Of a DNA stretch of 64,000 nt, positions 28,001-40,622 are shown piece by piece. A program made the position numbers and the translations under genes. How positions within the stretch are numbered: the stretch's first letter is position 1; the number at the start of each line of letters is the position of its first letter. Origin of the DNA: Styela clava (lineage: Eukaryota); NCBI RefSeq assembly GCF_964204865.1, contig NC_135250.1, positions 10,292,001 through 10,356,000 of the forward strand, in the 5' to 3' direction. Under the pieces are notes generated by a model that did no database searches, was not told the origin of the DNA, and saw nothing but the letters and a program-made list of their open reading frames with translations.

Positions 28001-28614
28001 TGTGGGTGTAATGAAATGGTAATCTCACTTGACGATCGAATTACATCACACTGGACGTAAACACGCGCCTTTGAAGCATCATAACCTACCCAGCATGCAT
28101 CTTGTGGGCAAAAGTATTTCTGAATTCCATAGCTAATTGCAGTTTCCATTACCGGTGACCGTGCATTTGGACCCACGTACATTTGAACCCATACACCCGC
28201 CACTTGTAGAATACTTTACACTTGACTAAAAAATGTGGCTTTTCCTATAATAAAGCCGATTTTCTTTTGGTGAGAAATGAGGACAAATATTCCATTTTTA
28301 TCATCCATGTTGCCACAATCATATTGAGAGTGATCGGTCATAATGACTATGAGTAAAGTGTATTTAAAAACATATATTTCTAGAATGTTTAGTGATAAAT
28401 TTTGATTTTGATAACGCATTTCCGCCTAAGTTTGGAATATGGAGGGATTAATATGAATCGTTTTGAATGATTTTCTCCGTGTTAGGCTATCGGGTTGCCA
28501 TAACAATATCAAATTTGATTTTTATGATACCTCTAAACAAATTTTCATTACCAAGAATTTAACAACTTACTCACCGATAATAACAACGACAAAGACGATG
28601 CTTATTATTTTCAT
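25031..28614 (-). CDS. Small secreted cationic cysteine-rich peptide precursor, 105 aa, family unknown
   Basis: Exons 28614-28575, 27431-27346, 26070-25953 and 25104-25031 (40+86+118+74 = 318 nt). Donors GTGAGT/GTAAG/GTAAG, pyrimidine-rich AG acceptors, phases 1/0/1. Translation: MKIISIVFVVVIIGAMSIDVLGYSRNGSRRVGRLRYPHARAMTKGSRNMVSGYPKICKRFCEKKGDNFVVSCWRSSKSLQKHKRFEERCWACRNMCFERAYDLSG*. Confidence 0.78.
26833..27291. mobile_element. hAT-type MITE in intron 2 of the peptide gene
   Basis: Perfect TIR CAGGGGTCGGCAAACT; perfect TSD GTATACGC (26825-26832 and 27292-27299); GGCCCG/CGGGCC subterminal motifs. Confidence 0.92.
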
Positions 28615-29844
28615 TGTGTAATTTCTTTTCTACTCAATTCCAAAGACTTCAACAAGATTAATCAATAGTAAAATATATCTTAAAATATAAATGGAATATT
28701 TAATTGTAAATGTTAAAACAATATTTCATAAACAGCTACACGAGCGTTTGTTTTAATGTTTCTATATTTTGTCTAAACAAAGACTTGTGTTGTAAATTTC
28801 AGAAAACAATTCAGAAAAGTTTGCAGATCAAAATTCACATTCCAAAATACATGTATATAGTTTCTGCGGTGAGACGCTAGAAAATTAATATGAAAGTTAA
28901 AATGGGTGCCAAGCATAATTATTGGCGTAACATATTTTCCTCAAAAGCTTACGTACCCGAAATAGAAACGTGATCGAATTTATTATATAAAATATATAAT
29001 ATAATAAAATGCAAAAAAAAAAATTTTCTAATTTTGCTAAAAAAAATTTCAATTGATTATTTTATAATATTCTATTCGAAAAATTATTTTGTCGACGTTA
29101 TTCACGTTTTTCACTCCGAACAGGAAAGACCCTCTGCATGCACCCACTGAATATATTGGTTCTTCGGTATTTGTTAATGACAGTTTTCAGGTGATTCAGT
29201 ATCGTTATGCGATATGATGATTTATGGCATAGCAACAAAAAATGCTTATCGCTGAATCCGGACAAAAGTAACAAGATACTTTTCTCGGTAGCTAAACGAT
29301 TACAATTGTACCAAAACAAGAGGTGAAAGAATTCCACAACATCATGACATTTTCTAAAGAGTTTATATCGTATTATTTTTTCGTTTCGCAGCATTTTTAA
29401 AAATCAGAAGTTTTTAAATCTACAATATTTTTACCATCAACGTGATTTAATGATATCAAATTCCGCAAAATGTGCGTGAATTCTGACACAAACGGCTAAT
29501 TTCATTAATGAAAGAATAACTTTTCGATTATTCTAAACGTTTATTTTTTTTTTAATCAAACTTTTACGCTCTTTAATTCAAGATATCAAAATTTCTAATA
29601 CAGGGAAAACCAATAAATTCATTGATTTTATTCGAAAACTGCTTTTACACTTAAAACTCGGTTTGTGTGTGGTTGTATTCAAAGGTTTCTGTAATCTGGG
29701 ACTTCAATGAAAGAATAACTCTCTAAATATTCTGAACATTTTTTTTGATTTAAACTTTTACGCTCAATAATTCAAAAACTTTATTACACGCAGACTAAAA
29801 AACAGGTTTCTGGGACACTTTGCACAAAGTCATGTTCTCTGGAA

Positions 29845-30748
29845 CAGTGGTTATAAATCTTTTTCAGTTCGGGAACCGGTAAAATTTCAAAACAAATTTT
29901 GCGGACCGGCGGACTTTTGAAATGAACCAAAAATTTCATGAACACAAAACATAATCAAAAGATTGTAATAACGACAAAGTAAGCGGTGCAAAGGAAGTCA
30001 ATTTAATGAGAAATTTGCTGCTGTCTTTTTAATATTATACATGTTAAACGCGGTTCTAATGAAGTTTTTGCAAAGCGAAGTAGAGCGTTGACTACCACAC
30101 GATTTTGTTAGCTTTGCGGGTTTTATTGCGTCGTTTGAAAAAATTTTGGCGTAAACACGGCACATCGGAAGCGGTTCTTTTTTGCTGCTGGGAGCAATAG
30201 TGAAACCTAGCCCCAAATACTTCTTATCATATACTGTATAAAAAAGCCCTTGCGTTTTTTGCGTGATTCATGTTAACATTGCTGCAAGGTCATTCCGGGG
30301 CATGTTTTTAAGTAGCAATCTTTGCCTCTGTTCTGTCAACACCACTAACTTGGCTTTCACCGATGAAAGAACGGGATAATACTTTGCTGTTTGTTTGCCT
30401 CCATTTTACTACCAAACATTGCTGAATTATAGGCCTACTGTCAAAATATGGATTCAGTCTCATGGTTCTCAATCAAATACCGTACTATGTGCTATGTAAC
30501 TCCTCCGTTATGACGCTGGCCGCCGTTCAGGGCCTGAAATGGGCAGAGGACCTCCCACCAAGTTTGGTAAACTTTGGTTGTTAGACGAATACCGGTAATA
30601 CAAATCAATGAACGTTTAAAAAAAAATTACGAAATTAATGGACATGCCGTCAATACCTTGTAATTTGCAATTTGCTTGTAATATATTAATATTGGAATAT
30701 ATTTGGCGGACCGGCAGCAGTCCGCGGACCAGCGGTTGAGTGCCACTG
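29845..30748 (-). mobile_element. Non-autonomous hAT element with a BED-finger transposase remnant
   Basis: CAGTGG...CCACTG termini; TSD CTCTGGAA/CTCTAGAA (1 mismatch); GCGGACCGG subterminal repeats; minus-strand remnant LGFTIAPSSKKEPLPMCRVYAKIFSNDAIKPAKL at ~30110-30216. Confidence 0.82.
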
Positions 30749-33700
30749 CTCTAGAAGATGTTCTAAATGACATGGGTTTTGTCTTTTTTAGCTCACATTG
30801 TACAGATATATTTATATCGCTTGTGCTATTGGAAAATTCTTAAATCATTTTGAATCTATTTTGTTCTCTCTGTGAAGTTCCTAAAAAGATAAAATCGTAG
30901 CCGTTGTTGTATGTGATCTACATGTCACCGTGTTATACGAAAACTTAAATCTAAACTTTCACTTACACATTTAGTTCAGTGGTGATTAGCGTTTCTATTG
31001 CCACTGAATGTGGATACCAAATTACGTCAGCACCGCTGAATCTTATCTTGCAATTCGTCTGAGCTACGATGCTACCATCTGACGACGCGCTTGTGTCTGC
31101 GCTCTCCTTTCGGGTATTTTCTGAGTTTAAGTAATCGGCTGTTAACGAATTCAGCCTTCATCCCGCAGGAGAAAATAGTAACGCACGCGAAAAACAAACT
31201 TCGTTGGGGTAATATAATTTGTTTGTAAAGATGAACAAAGGTAACAATCGACGAACTTGTTTGTCATAAAAATGAGAGAATACATACGGAATTCCGGTAC
31301 TTTCATGTGCGCTTCGAAACGTAATTCAGCTTTATGTTAGAAAAAAGAATATATCTCATTGTCTCATATTTATAAATTTAATATTTGTTACCCTCACGCT
31401 GTGAATCCCAAAACAACAACTCGACATTGAGCGAGACCGACAGATGGCCAATACAACGTTACGTCCCAAATAAGATAAGGTAGATTTTAACAGTACTGTG
31501 ACCATATTCTTGTAAAAGTGATTTGCCAAGTTGTTCCGGTATGCGCTAGCTAGACAATACGCCTTCGACTACAACGTCAGTCGGTGTTTATCTGTTTACT
31601 CTTTGGTGGTTTGATATCGGCAACCAGCAACGACCACGCAAAGTTACTGTAAATGATTATTTAAAAAATACTGTTCGTTTCTCGACGCCTCAATGACTAC
31701 TTTTATCGTAGAGGACCCGTTTGATTTACAAAGAACTCGTCGATGTAGGTTTTTAAATGTTCTGAAAAGCGTTTGTTTTAGCTCTAGGAAAGCACTATAA
31801 AAAAAATCTTGTGTGTGCATTTTCATTGTGCTAGCATATTCCAAGGGTTACCAGTAAACAAATCCAATACCCAGAACACTGTAAATGTCATATTTACAAA
31901 ATGATAAAATTACTGATTACTATTCAAACACTTGCGTTCATTTTCATAGACCGAATACCAATAATTTCGAGCAGTCTCTATGAGAAAAGTTTATTTATCA
32001 ACATACTTAGGTGAAATTTGTTACTTGCTGGCTGCCACAATCTTCAATGGCATGTTGACATAGCCCACTCAACTTGCGCAGTAGATCACTTAACAATTCT
32101 ACAATTTTTGGCAGTCACGGATTTTAAGTAAAAAAGCTTTTTTTTGTTGTTTTTTGTTTTTCCAATTGGATTACTATATTACTATATCAATTTCCGAACA
32201 GATGTCCGCAAAAATTAAACTAGAAGTTATTCAAAGGAAATCCTCTTTTTGATACTTTTTCTTCGTTTTTGTTTGTTTACAACATATATATATATATATA
32301 TATACATGTCATTGCATATCAAATGATCGGCTCATTTCTAAAAAACATAGCAATTTCAAAGAAAGCCAGTTGTCGGATGAAGAAACCTTTGTTTTTAACT
32401 AAAATAATACTTCATAATGAACTCGTTAGAAACGTTCTCAAACTAGGATACAAAATAACTGTTTACATTGTGTGACAGGAACACGCGACATTCTTTCTAA
32501 TCTACGATCGATATTCTATAATACCGTTAGATACCAGAATTATGTCCGATTTTCGACAATATTAAACTTGATTGACAGTATTATATTAGTTCAATTTTTC
32601 AAAGTCGGTAATGGGTGGGCGACTAATTTCACAAATGTGGGCATTGATTTCCGTTCAGAATAAATGATTTTTTTTTAGATGTTTCTTGCTTTCTTGACTG
32701 GATAACTTCGTGAAGATGGTTTTGTTCCGTGAAGCATAGTCTATTTATGACTTAGTTGATTGATTTAAACTTGGCAGTGGGCGATTACAAAATATAATGA
32801 TAATATACGTTCAGCATAAATAAATATCTAAATAATAATTTATCCTCTGTTTGCGTCATCCTGGTCTGTAAAACAAAAACTAGCTATAAAACTCGACCAT
32901 AAAACTATCAGTTACACTTTGAACTATTTAACTTGCTATTCAATCAGATAAAAAATTGATTTATGAGAATAATAGATAACAGTTTCTAAACTTTTACCGG
33001 TCAAATAATAAAAATGCTTTTAATGCGAAATACAGCAACGCAAGTCAATTCTTAAACATCTTCCCTATTGATATGCTAAACCTTTTTCAATCGTAAACAT
33101 TTTTGAAGAGCCTATAAACTGCAAATTGCCACCTTCTCGTAAAACTTTGTCCCGGTGTCCCGGTAAGTCGACCATAAATCGTGTTTTTAGTGATTCATAA
33201 TTGTAGTTCATTATGTGTGAACTGTTCTTAAATGTGAAAGTCAAACAAGTTTTAAAACAATTGGGTCCTCATTCATTTCAGCTCCATAGTCTTTCAATTT
33301 CATGCGCGTGGGCAGTGCTATTGTCAAAACAAATTACTTCACGCTAAGAACGTGACTGGTACAATGTTGAGAAGGATTTGAGATTAGGATCAAAATATTT
33401 GCCAAAATTGAGCTCTGTCAAACACATACGAAGAGTCTATACTATCAACGAAGCAACAACATAAGATAAACAGCGAAAGCCGGGACAATAATCTAAACTT
33501 ACTTAAAAAGATAATCCAAGGAAATTGATGATTGGCAAATTGGCAAAAATTTCATATAGATATTTCGTGATGGATTCCAAAAAATATAAAAAAAACGGGT
33601 TCTCTTTAATATCGAACAGACTATCAACATGTACCCTTTTTTCAAAAAACGTGCCGAAAATAGATTGAATACAAAAATTTCGAAAGTCGAATATAACGCT

Positions 33701-35886
33701 AGCTGCCACCCATAAGCTGGGGTCTTCCAAAAAAGAAACAAGACCCGTTTCGCTGGTGACCCCGAGCCCGTGCGAACCCCTAAATTCCATTACTACTTAA
33801 AACCTCATCGCCAACAGTTTTGCACGATTTATCATAGGAACATAACAAAATTTTTGACTTGATGTACTCTTATTTAACAAAAGGCCACATTCTCCAGTAA
33901 CCCTGGCCATTCAGATTGACAATGGCCATACAGAACAGAATGCGAAGGTCATTTGAAAAAAGCAAAAAATCACAACAAAATGCAAGTTCTGAAACAATTA
34001 TAGTGGTTTGAATATTATTAGTCCTAACAGATCGTGCACTTGTTATATCTGCTGCACCGACTTTGAGGTATCAAATAACATATTTTCGTCCTCATGATGT
34101 CGCTGCGATACCGAAAGTTTTTCTCGAATAATCTGGAAGAATGATACCGGACTAAAATAAACACCTCTACAAATTTTGCCGCAATATTAATTATAATTTG
34201 AGATATTATTTTCGACATAATATGATTTCTTGTACTCCATGCATAGAGAAAAGAAGCTGTATTTAAAACAAATTTCTGGATAAAAACTTGATCGTAGTAT
34301 AATATGCTAATCTTGATGTCTGATAGTTGAAAATTTAGATAAGGAATTTTGTTCTCATAAAGAAAGACTTCCCCAATGAGTTAAAGAAGAAATAGGAAAA
34401 TTATAAAAGTACTCATATTATGTGTGACATTGACAACAACATAGAAACAAAATGATTTACATAGGCTCACCACATGTATAAAGATTTCTAAAATAGTTTA
34501 TTTTTTACGAAGTATTCCACGTAATTGTTCATCGACACTACTATAGTATACGATTACCTGTTATGCTTTTTATATATATTACTGAAATTTACCGATTTCG
34601 GAATAGCTTACTCAATTTAATATATAGCCCGAGTGAGATGATCGTACCGCTTTGTGGAAAATTGTGGTTAATTTTGGGAATTAATACCGGTTTTGGCCGG
34701 TTCAAATTCAATACCTTATCAACCGCAATGAAGCTTGACACACCCATCGTTACCTAAATGTAACTGGACCATGATTCACAATTGGGTAATGATTAACAAT
34801 TCGCGCTCTTGGTATAACAATTTACGTTATGATGGAGAATTGTTCATCTTAGTTTATCGGACGGACGATGAATTCATTCGGTAAATAAACCCAACAGCGA
34901 CCGAAGGTTTGTTCACCTTTCTTGGGAACAAGACGAATGATCTAACAACAGCTTTGCAGTAGACTAATAAACACACATTGACAATCGTGATTCAATTTTA
35001 TTTCATGAATAAAAATTTTGATAAAAGTACATCTAAAAAAAGCTATTTTTCAAAGATTCATTGAAAAATACGTCAACTTTTTCGTGAAACAAGTGAGTCC
35101 TAAATCTAAGACATGATTTTTTGAAAATCTTTCAATGCGGACCAATTCGCAATATAAGAAATGTTTACCATCCAATATCTTTCATTACATACATATATAA
35201 GATATATATATATACTACAAATTATTGTTTTTGCATGATTGTAAATAAAAATTGAGGCGTGATAAGCCCCTCGTTCGTTGATATAAATTGAAAAAAAAAC
35301 AAGAAAAAAAACATACATAGGTAAAGTGTTTTCGTAAAGCAGTGTTGCTCTGTGTCATCTCATATACAGAAATAATCTTGAGATGTTTGTAAGCCATACA
35401 TGCACCTCGCAGCAGCGGTGCATTCTGTTTATGGCCCATTCCTAACCCAAGTTGAAAGTTCGAAATATTTTCTGAGTGGGGAGGAATTAATTTTATGTTT
35501 TTATGACGTGAAAACTACAAAAATTTTGTAAGCAAATTCACCTATTTCATTGATAAATTTACACATGAATTTATAACATTACATAAATTCATATAGTCAA
35601 TGTCAGGCCAATCCACATATTTAAATTGCTTTCTACTTCCTTTTATGCTTGTGATTACTTGAGGCCTTCGTTTCAAAGCTTCATCTGAGAGAGATAAAGT
35701 CAGTATTGTTCCAGCGCTTTTGTGCAGTTTCACGGCAAACACATTACGTCACAATAGTTGATAACAACATCGTCTTGAGAATAACAGCATGCTCTACGTT
35801 TCAGAGCGTTTGTCGAACTTTACGTGCAGGACTTCAAGTGTGCATACGAGTAAACCCGTTTGTGAATAAACGAAAACAGCAAACAT

Positions 35887-38800
35887 CTACGATATCAAGA
35901 TATCTGGACAGCAGTTATGAGAGCGAAAGAACAACTCAGCAATTGCATGTGTTTTGATACTTCTCAGTGCCGGAAGACCAAGTAATATTTGTGCAAGACG
36001 CATTTGCTGGTGATGTTCTGCGTCAAATGGCGATGAATTCACTCTCTCGCCTGAAATGACAAAAAAAATCTCATCACGCAAGATTTATATATATAAAAAA
36101 TCGTTAAGAATACTAATGTGGCAGAGTTTCCAGAGCAAATTTTTAGTTAATTCTAGTCGAAAAGAATTTGTGATTTGAAACATTGTCAAGAGAGAACATA
36201 ACTTTTGTGCGAAGCGTCCTAGATTACTGGAACGTTCGGGTACAAGCATACATAAATAGAAGTCCAAGTGTAAAAAGAATTTGCTTCATTGGAGTAAATA
36301 TAAAAAATTCTGGAGTTTCGTTTTTGGTCATCGTGCATTTGTGCAAGACAAGCATAAACGACCGTGTTGATAACTTTTTTGATTTTATTCGCGAAAAAAT
36401 CAATTTAATTTCTGATAGCGTGAGTAAAAGTTATTCGACACTCTCAAGTATTAAACCAGAACGTTTTGAACTTTATTTGAGGTTTCGTCGAGTTTCCTGT
36501 TTCTTTCATTGTGTTAAGTTTTATTATTATACTCTGATGGAACTCTCTGATATCGGAATAAAATCTGTTCAAGTTCAGAATATCTCAAATCGATTTCGCT
36601 TTTTGCCAATCCAAGTCCCTTTTTTGTTCAAGTTTACGGCGTTTGAAATTTGAATACCTTCATTTTAGTGCTAATTATTTTGTTATTATTGCAAATTGCG
36701 CTATATCGATAGATTGCTCCAAGCAAGTTCACGAGAGCTTACTCAGTTCACGGTTCTGGTGATATGGGCAAAATCACATGCTGAGATCTTAAATTTGAAA
36801 ATAAATTTCTAACTAAATAAATGTTATCAGATCAAGATAGTGTTGTAACAGTAGCATGAAAAAAAATGTTTGACTATGATCACAGTAAATGACGTTCCGT
36901 TTTCTTCTCTTTCTGTTCTATCACTTAATTTTTTTATTGAAATATTGATTATTCATTTTTTCATATTGCTGTAATCAGTAGAAATATTTCTAACTTCTGT
37001 ACCACCCAAAGACAAAAACAAAAAGAATCAAGTAATAAAGATGTGACTCTAACTCCGTTTAATAACAAACATAGTGAGTCTTGCGTAACAGAAAATAAAA
37101 AGGTTACGACCTTTCTTATTTGCCTAATTCCTGGAATTTGATCACGCGGAGAAAAGTTTGTTTGCTATGGGTGCTTTACTGGCTTCTATTAATTGCTAAA
37201 AACGACAAAAGAAAGGGACATAGACAATACCTAACCGGAACGGAGGAACTGGAAACTTAGACCATGAGAAATAGTTTTGATTTAATTTTAGCACAATTAC
37301 TGAAACCAACTAAAATTTAATTTAACAAGGTTTGAAAACCATCGATCTAACTGATAAATATTTAGTATCATAAATGAGGCTCATCGATGAACATCTGTTT
37401 GGATAAGGTTATATTTAGAACACTTGAGTTTCCATATCTTCAAAATGATATATTTATTAAACTTTAAAATGAAAACTCAGCTGAACCAAGGCACGTGTGT
37501 GCTGGCTGACACAAACGTCACGAATATTTATTGTGTCATCACCAAGCTGTCAGTCACATAATCGTCGCACTGGTTCACACTAGGACGCATTTGATACAAT
37601 CGTCCATGATTGGTGCAAGCCAAGAATCAAATTCTCAACTCATAAACCATCGGTATTGTTTCAAGGTCACCTCTCTGTGAGCGGCGTTTGTCAATATATG
37701 ATGTTTACCTAATAACTATATATCAAGTGATGACTGCGTAAATATCACGAAGAAGTTTTTTGACCCAGTAACCCCTCTTGAACGTTCGAAATGTAAAAAT
37801 CGATTTACAAAATATGAAAATATTGCTTTCAAGGAAAAAATCTTTCACACAAGTGTCGAATCATTTCATCATATCATCGAGTTTTTAATAAAAACGTGTA
37901 ATAACTTGTCCACATTCGACTGGGAACGCATTGTTTGCATTGGTATTGTAGGAAAAGTTCACAACATTTGTTCATTTTTATGATTTCAAATTTCTGAAAA
38001 TATAAAATGATTGTACCGCACGACATTGATAATAATATCTAACCTCTATATTCGGCGAGGGCATGCATTGCTTCAACTTGTAACGAGGCAATGGTATCTC
38101 GGTCCTTTAATCCAACTACATCTGAAAAAGATGACGATTCAATTTTATTGGCTCTATCTATTGGTGGACTCAGAGTCAATTTTTGGAAATAAAAATACCA
38201 ATCACCAAGATGTAGGCTACAGTTTTCATTTCTTTTTTTATCATGGTAGGCTACATCGTTTTTCACTGAATTATAATTTTTAAACTTTATTTGTGATTAA
38301 AAAAATTGAATTTAAGCCGAAACTGGTCTCTAAGTCCGGTTATGATTGATATAATTTCTTTGACAGCTGCTTTTAATTTTATTAGATAACAAATACTTAA
38401 ATCTAAGATTTTGGTATATATTGAAAATGTCATATCATTTGAGTCCAAAATTTTTATTTTAAACATAAGAAAGTATAATTAATTTTTGACTGCATGATGT
38501 TTGCAATAGAACTCCATATTTGACTCCACGTCGGCTATAAAAAACAAGTCTCTACCGCTCTGATTTTTTATTTTGAAATAAGAATAAGCTTTGAGTTGTG
38601 CTTTTATGAATAGACCTCTCTACCCTGTTGTTTGACCCCAATGCCCTTATTTAACCTTGAACATTTATCCGGTAAATATTTGTTCCAATTGAACGGGATG
38701 ACTCAGTGATATTAAACAAATTAATTATTAAATACAAACAACCACAACTTTTGTAACCTCTTCAACCAGAAACTACGTCAGGGTAAAATAAAAAATACCC

Positions 38801-40622
38801 TGCAAATACGTATTGCAAATTTTCCATGATAGTATAAATTAACAATATTATAGTCCTTATAAAATCCCTGTTCGAAACTTAACGCTGTCAAAAATATGCA
38901 GTTGACGACTATTTGTCTTTCATCGTACGCTAAGAAGAAATACACTTTAACGATTTATGAGAAAAAAACTTTATCACTCTTTTGTGCTATAATAAAACAA
39001 TTCCAAAATGAGGTTTATCAGTTTTGATAAGAAAAATTAGCTAATTCTATCAAATACTGTAATTTAAATTCGAATTTCCATGTCGTTCCTAAATAGACAT
39101 CCGTATCTTGACGAACAATATGTGAAAACTCAATGAAGTGGCACTTAATAATTTTTGGATGCTTACGCCAGTTGACGTTTCATCAAACATCGTTTTTCTT
39201 GTTTATTTCCGTACATATGACCAATCAGCAATAAGTTTACGGGGCGTAACAATTGCTACTTGTGCAGCCGCTCAGACTTTTTTATTATGCAGACGAATTT
39301 TTAAGTATAGTTGTACACATTGGCTCGTTTTCATAGATTTACCTGCTATTTGTCTTTTTTAGTTGTGTTTCAACAACTTGGGTATGAATCAAATATCCTA
39401 GTGGTCTTTTGTTTTCCGAGGATTTTCGTTTAATTTTAACAACCAAAAAGTAGTTCCAAAGATCTGCTATGGACTATCTTGAAAATTAGCTATCAGTACT
39501 TTCGAATGACAGTCGGTTATATATTTTGATTCAAAATGATGGGCTCGGATTTTGTAAGTGACAATTCGCCAGAACTCGCTCAAAGTCGGAATCTACAATG
39601 GTTACGTGTATAGGTAGGTGGTGCAAGGATTGGGAAAACACGCATTAACATAACTATTCGGATATAATACCGCTCACATTGATTTTCTGGGAAAAGTTTA
39701 TTTTATGTAAATGATACACATTACATTTAAAAAGGTTCAAGTACAGAAGGACTAAAACAGTTGTAAATTTACCTGGATTAAATAAGACGGTTCCCATGAA
39801 ATATGCATATTCTACAGCTGAAAGTTGCAGTTCCGTGAAACGTTTAATGAAACTTTTCAGCTTGTCAGCTTCGTCAACTTTTATTGATTCTCCTTCATTG
39901 AATGAAACATCTTTAGATGTTTGAACCGTAGCAGGCACAGAAATTTCGTACCGAATAACACCAAACGATACTTGTTCCTGAGCCATTCCGACAATGAACA
40001 GCTCTGCCCAGCAGTTGGAGAAAAGAAGCTCTTGGTCGTGAGTTCCAAGGTTTTTAAAAGACTCTAAACTTTTTACAAAGCTTATTGTTTTTTCAAGAAT
40101 TTCGGCAGAATTTTTGTGCGTTTCAGCTGCGTTTTGTAGGCCTACACATCGACGAGTCATAGTTGATCTGTTGCTTATATATGGCAACTGTGTGACGGGT
40201 TGTGTGTTAGGACACGGTGAGGTCTTTGGCCTCAGTTCGTGATGGGGTTTGTTTAGTAGGCTAAATAAAATTGAATCTTCTTTTTCTGGTTTTGGAGTAG
40301 AGCCACTACAACCACTACAATCACGGGCGTCTGTCACTTGAGAATAGGTCTCAACTGGAACTCCTGTACCGGTGTTAATTGGGAGCGATGGTACGCGCTG
40401 TTGTCCTGCGTTTCGGCGGGAATATCCCATCATGTCTGTCATCAAATACGGTGAATTCTGGACCGCCAGGCTATCAGTAACAACACTGATATACGGTTGG
40501 TAAAGTCCTGTTGAATTTATGCTGTATGGCGAAAGTTCAGATGGGAATACATCGAATGCTTTTGGTGGTACTTGACGACGTGGACCCTGTATACCAAAGC
40601 TATTTATAGGTACCAGAAGCAT
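35887..40622 (-). CDS. NR0B: NR0B (SHP/DAX-1-like) orphan nuclear receptor lacking a DNA-binding domain, about 363 aa
   Basis: Exons 40622-39773, 38121-38044 and 36050-35887 (phase 1/1). NR0B hallmarks: CSGCSG..SILFSLL (SHP CPCQG..AILYALL box), EILEKTISFVKSLESF..LGTHDQELLFSNCWAELFIVGMAQ, EYAYFMGTVLFNP/DVVGL (intron at the SHP/DAX-1 FNP/D position), RLAQILLGLPALRSI..AELFFR. No C4 zinc fingers. The start codon is the first in-frame ATG; an upstream exon cannot be excluded. Confidence 0.88.

Noticed and set aside
32830-34990. Exon-like minus-strand pieces (33430-33490 hydrophobic stretch; 34024-34150 ending KCTIC*; acceptor at ~32865)
   Set aside because: They could not be joined into a start-to-stop model with compatible phases.
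36183-36653. 156-aa plus-strand ORF in NR0B intron 2
   Set aside because: TTG start, no domain, noncoding-like composition.
39654-39772. C-terminal part of the 342-aa ORF after FNPG
   Set aside because: Read-through into the intron; the exon ends at the donor at 39773 and homology resumes at 38121.
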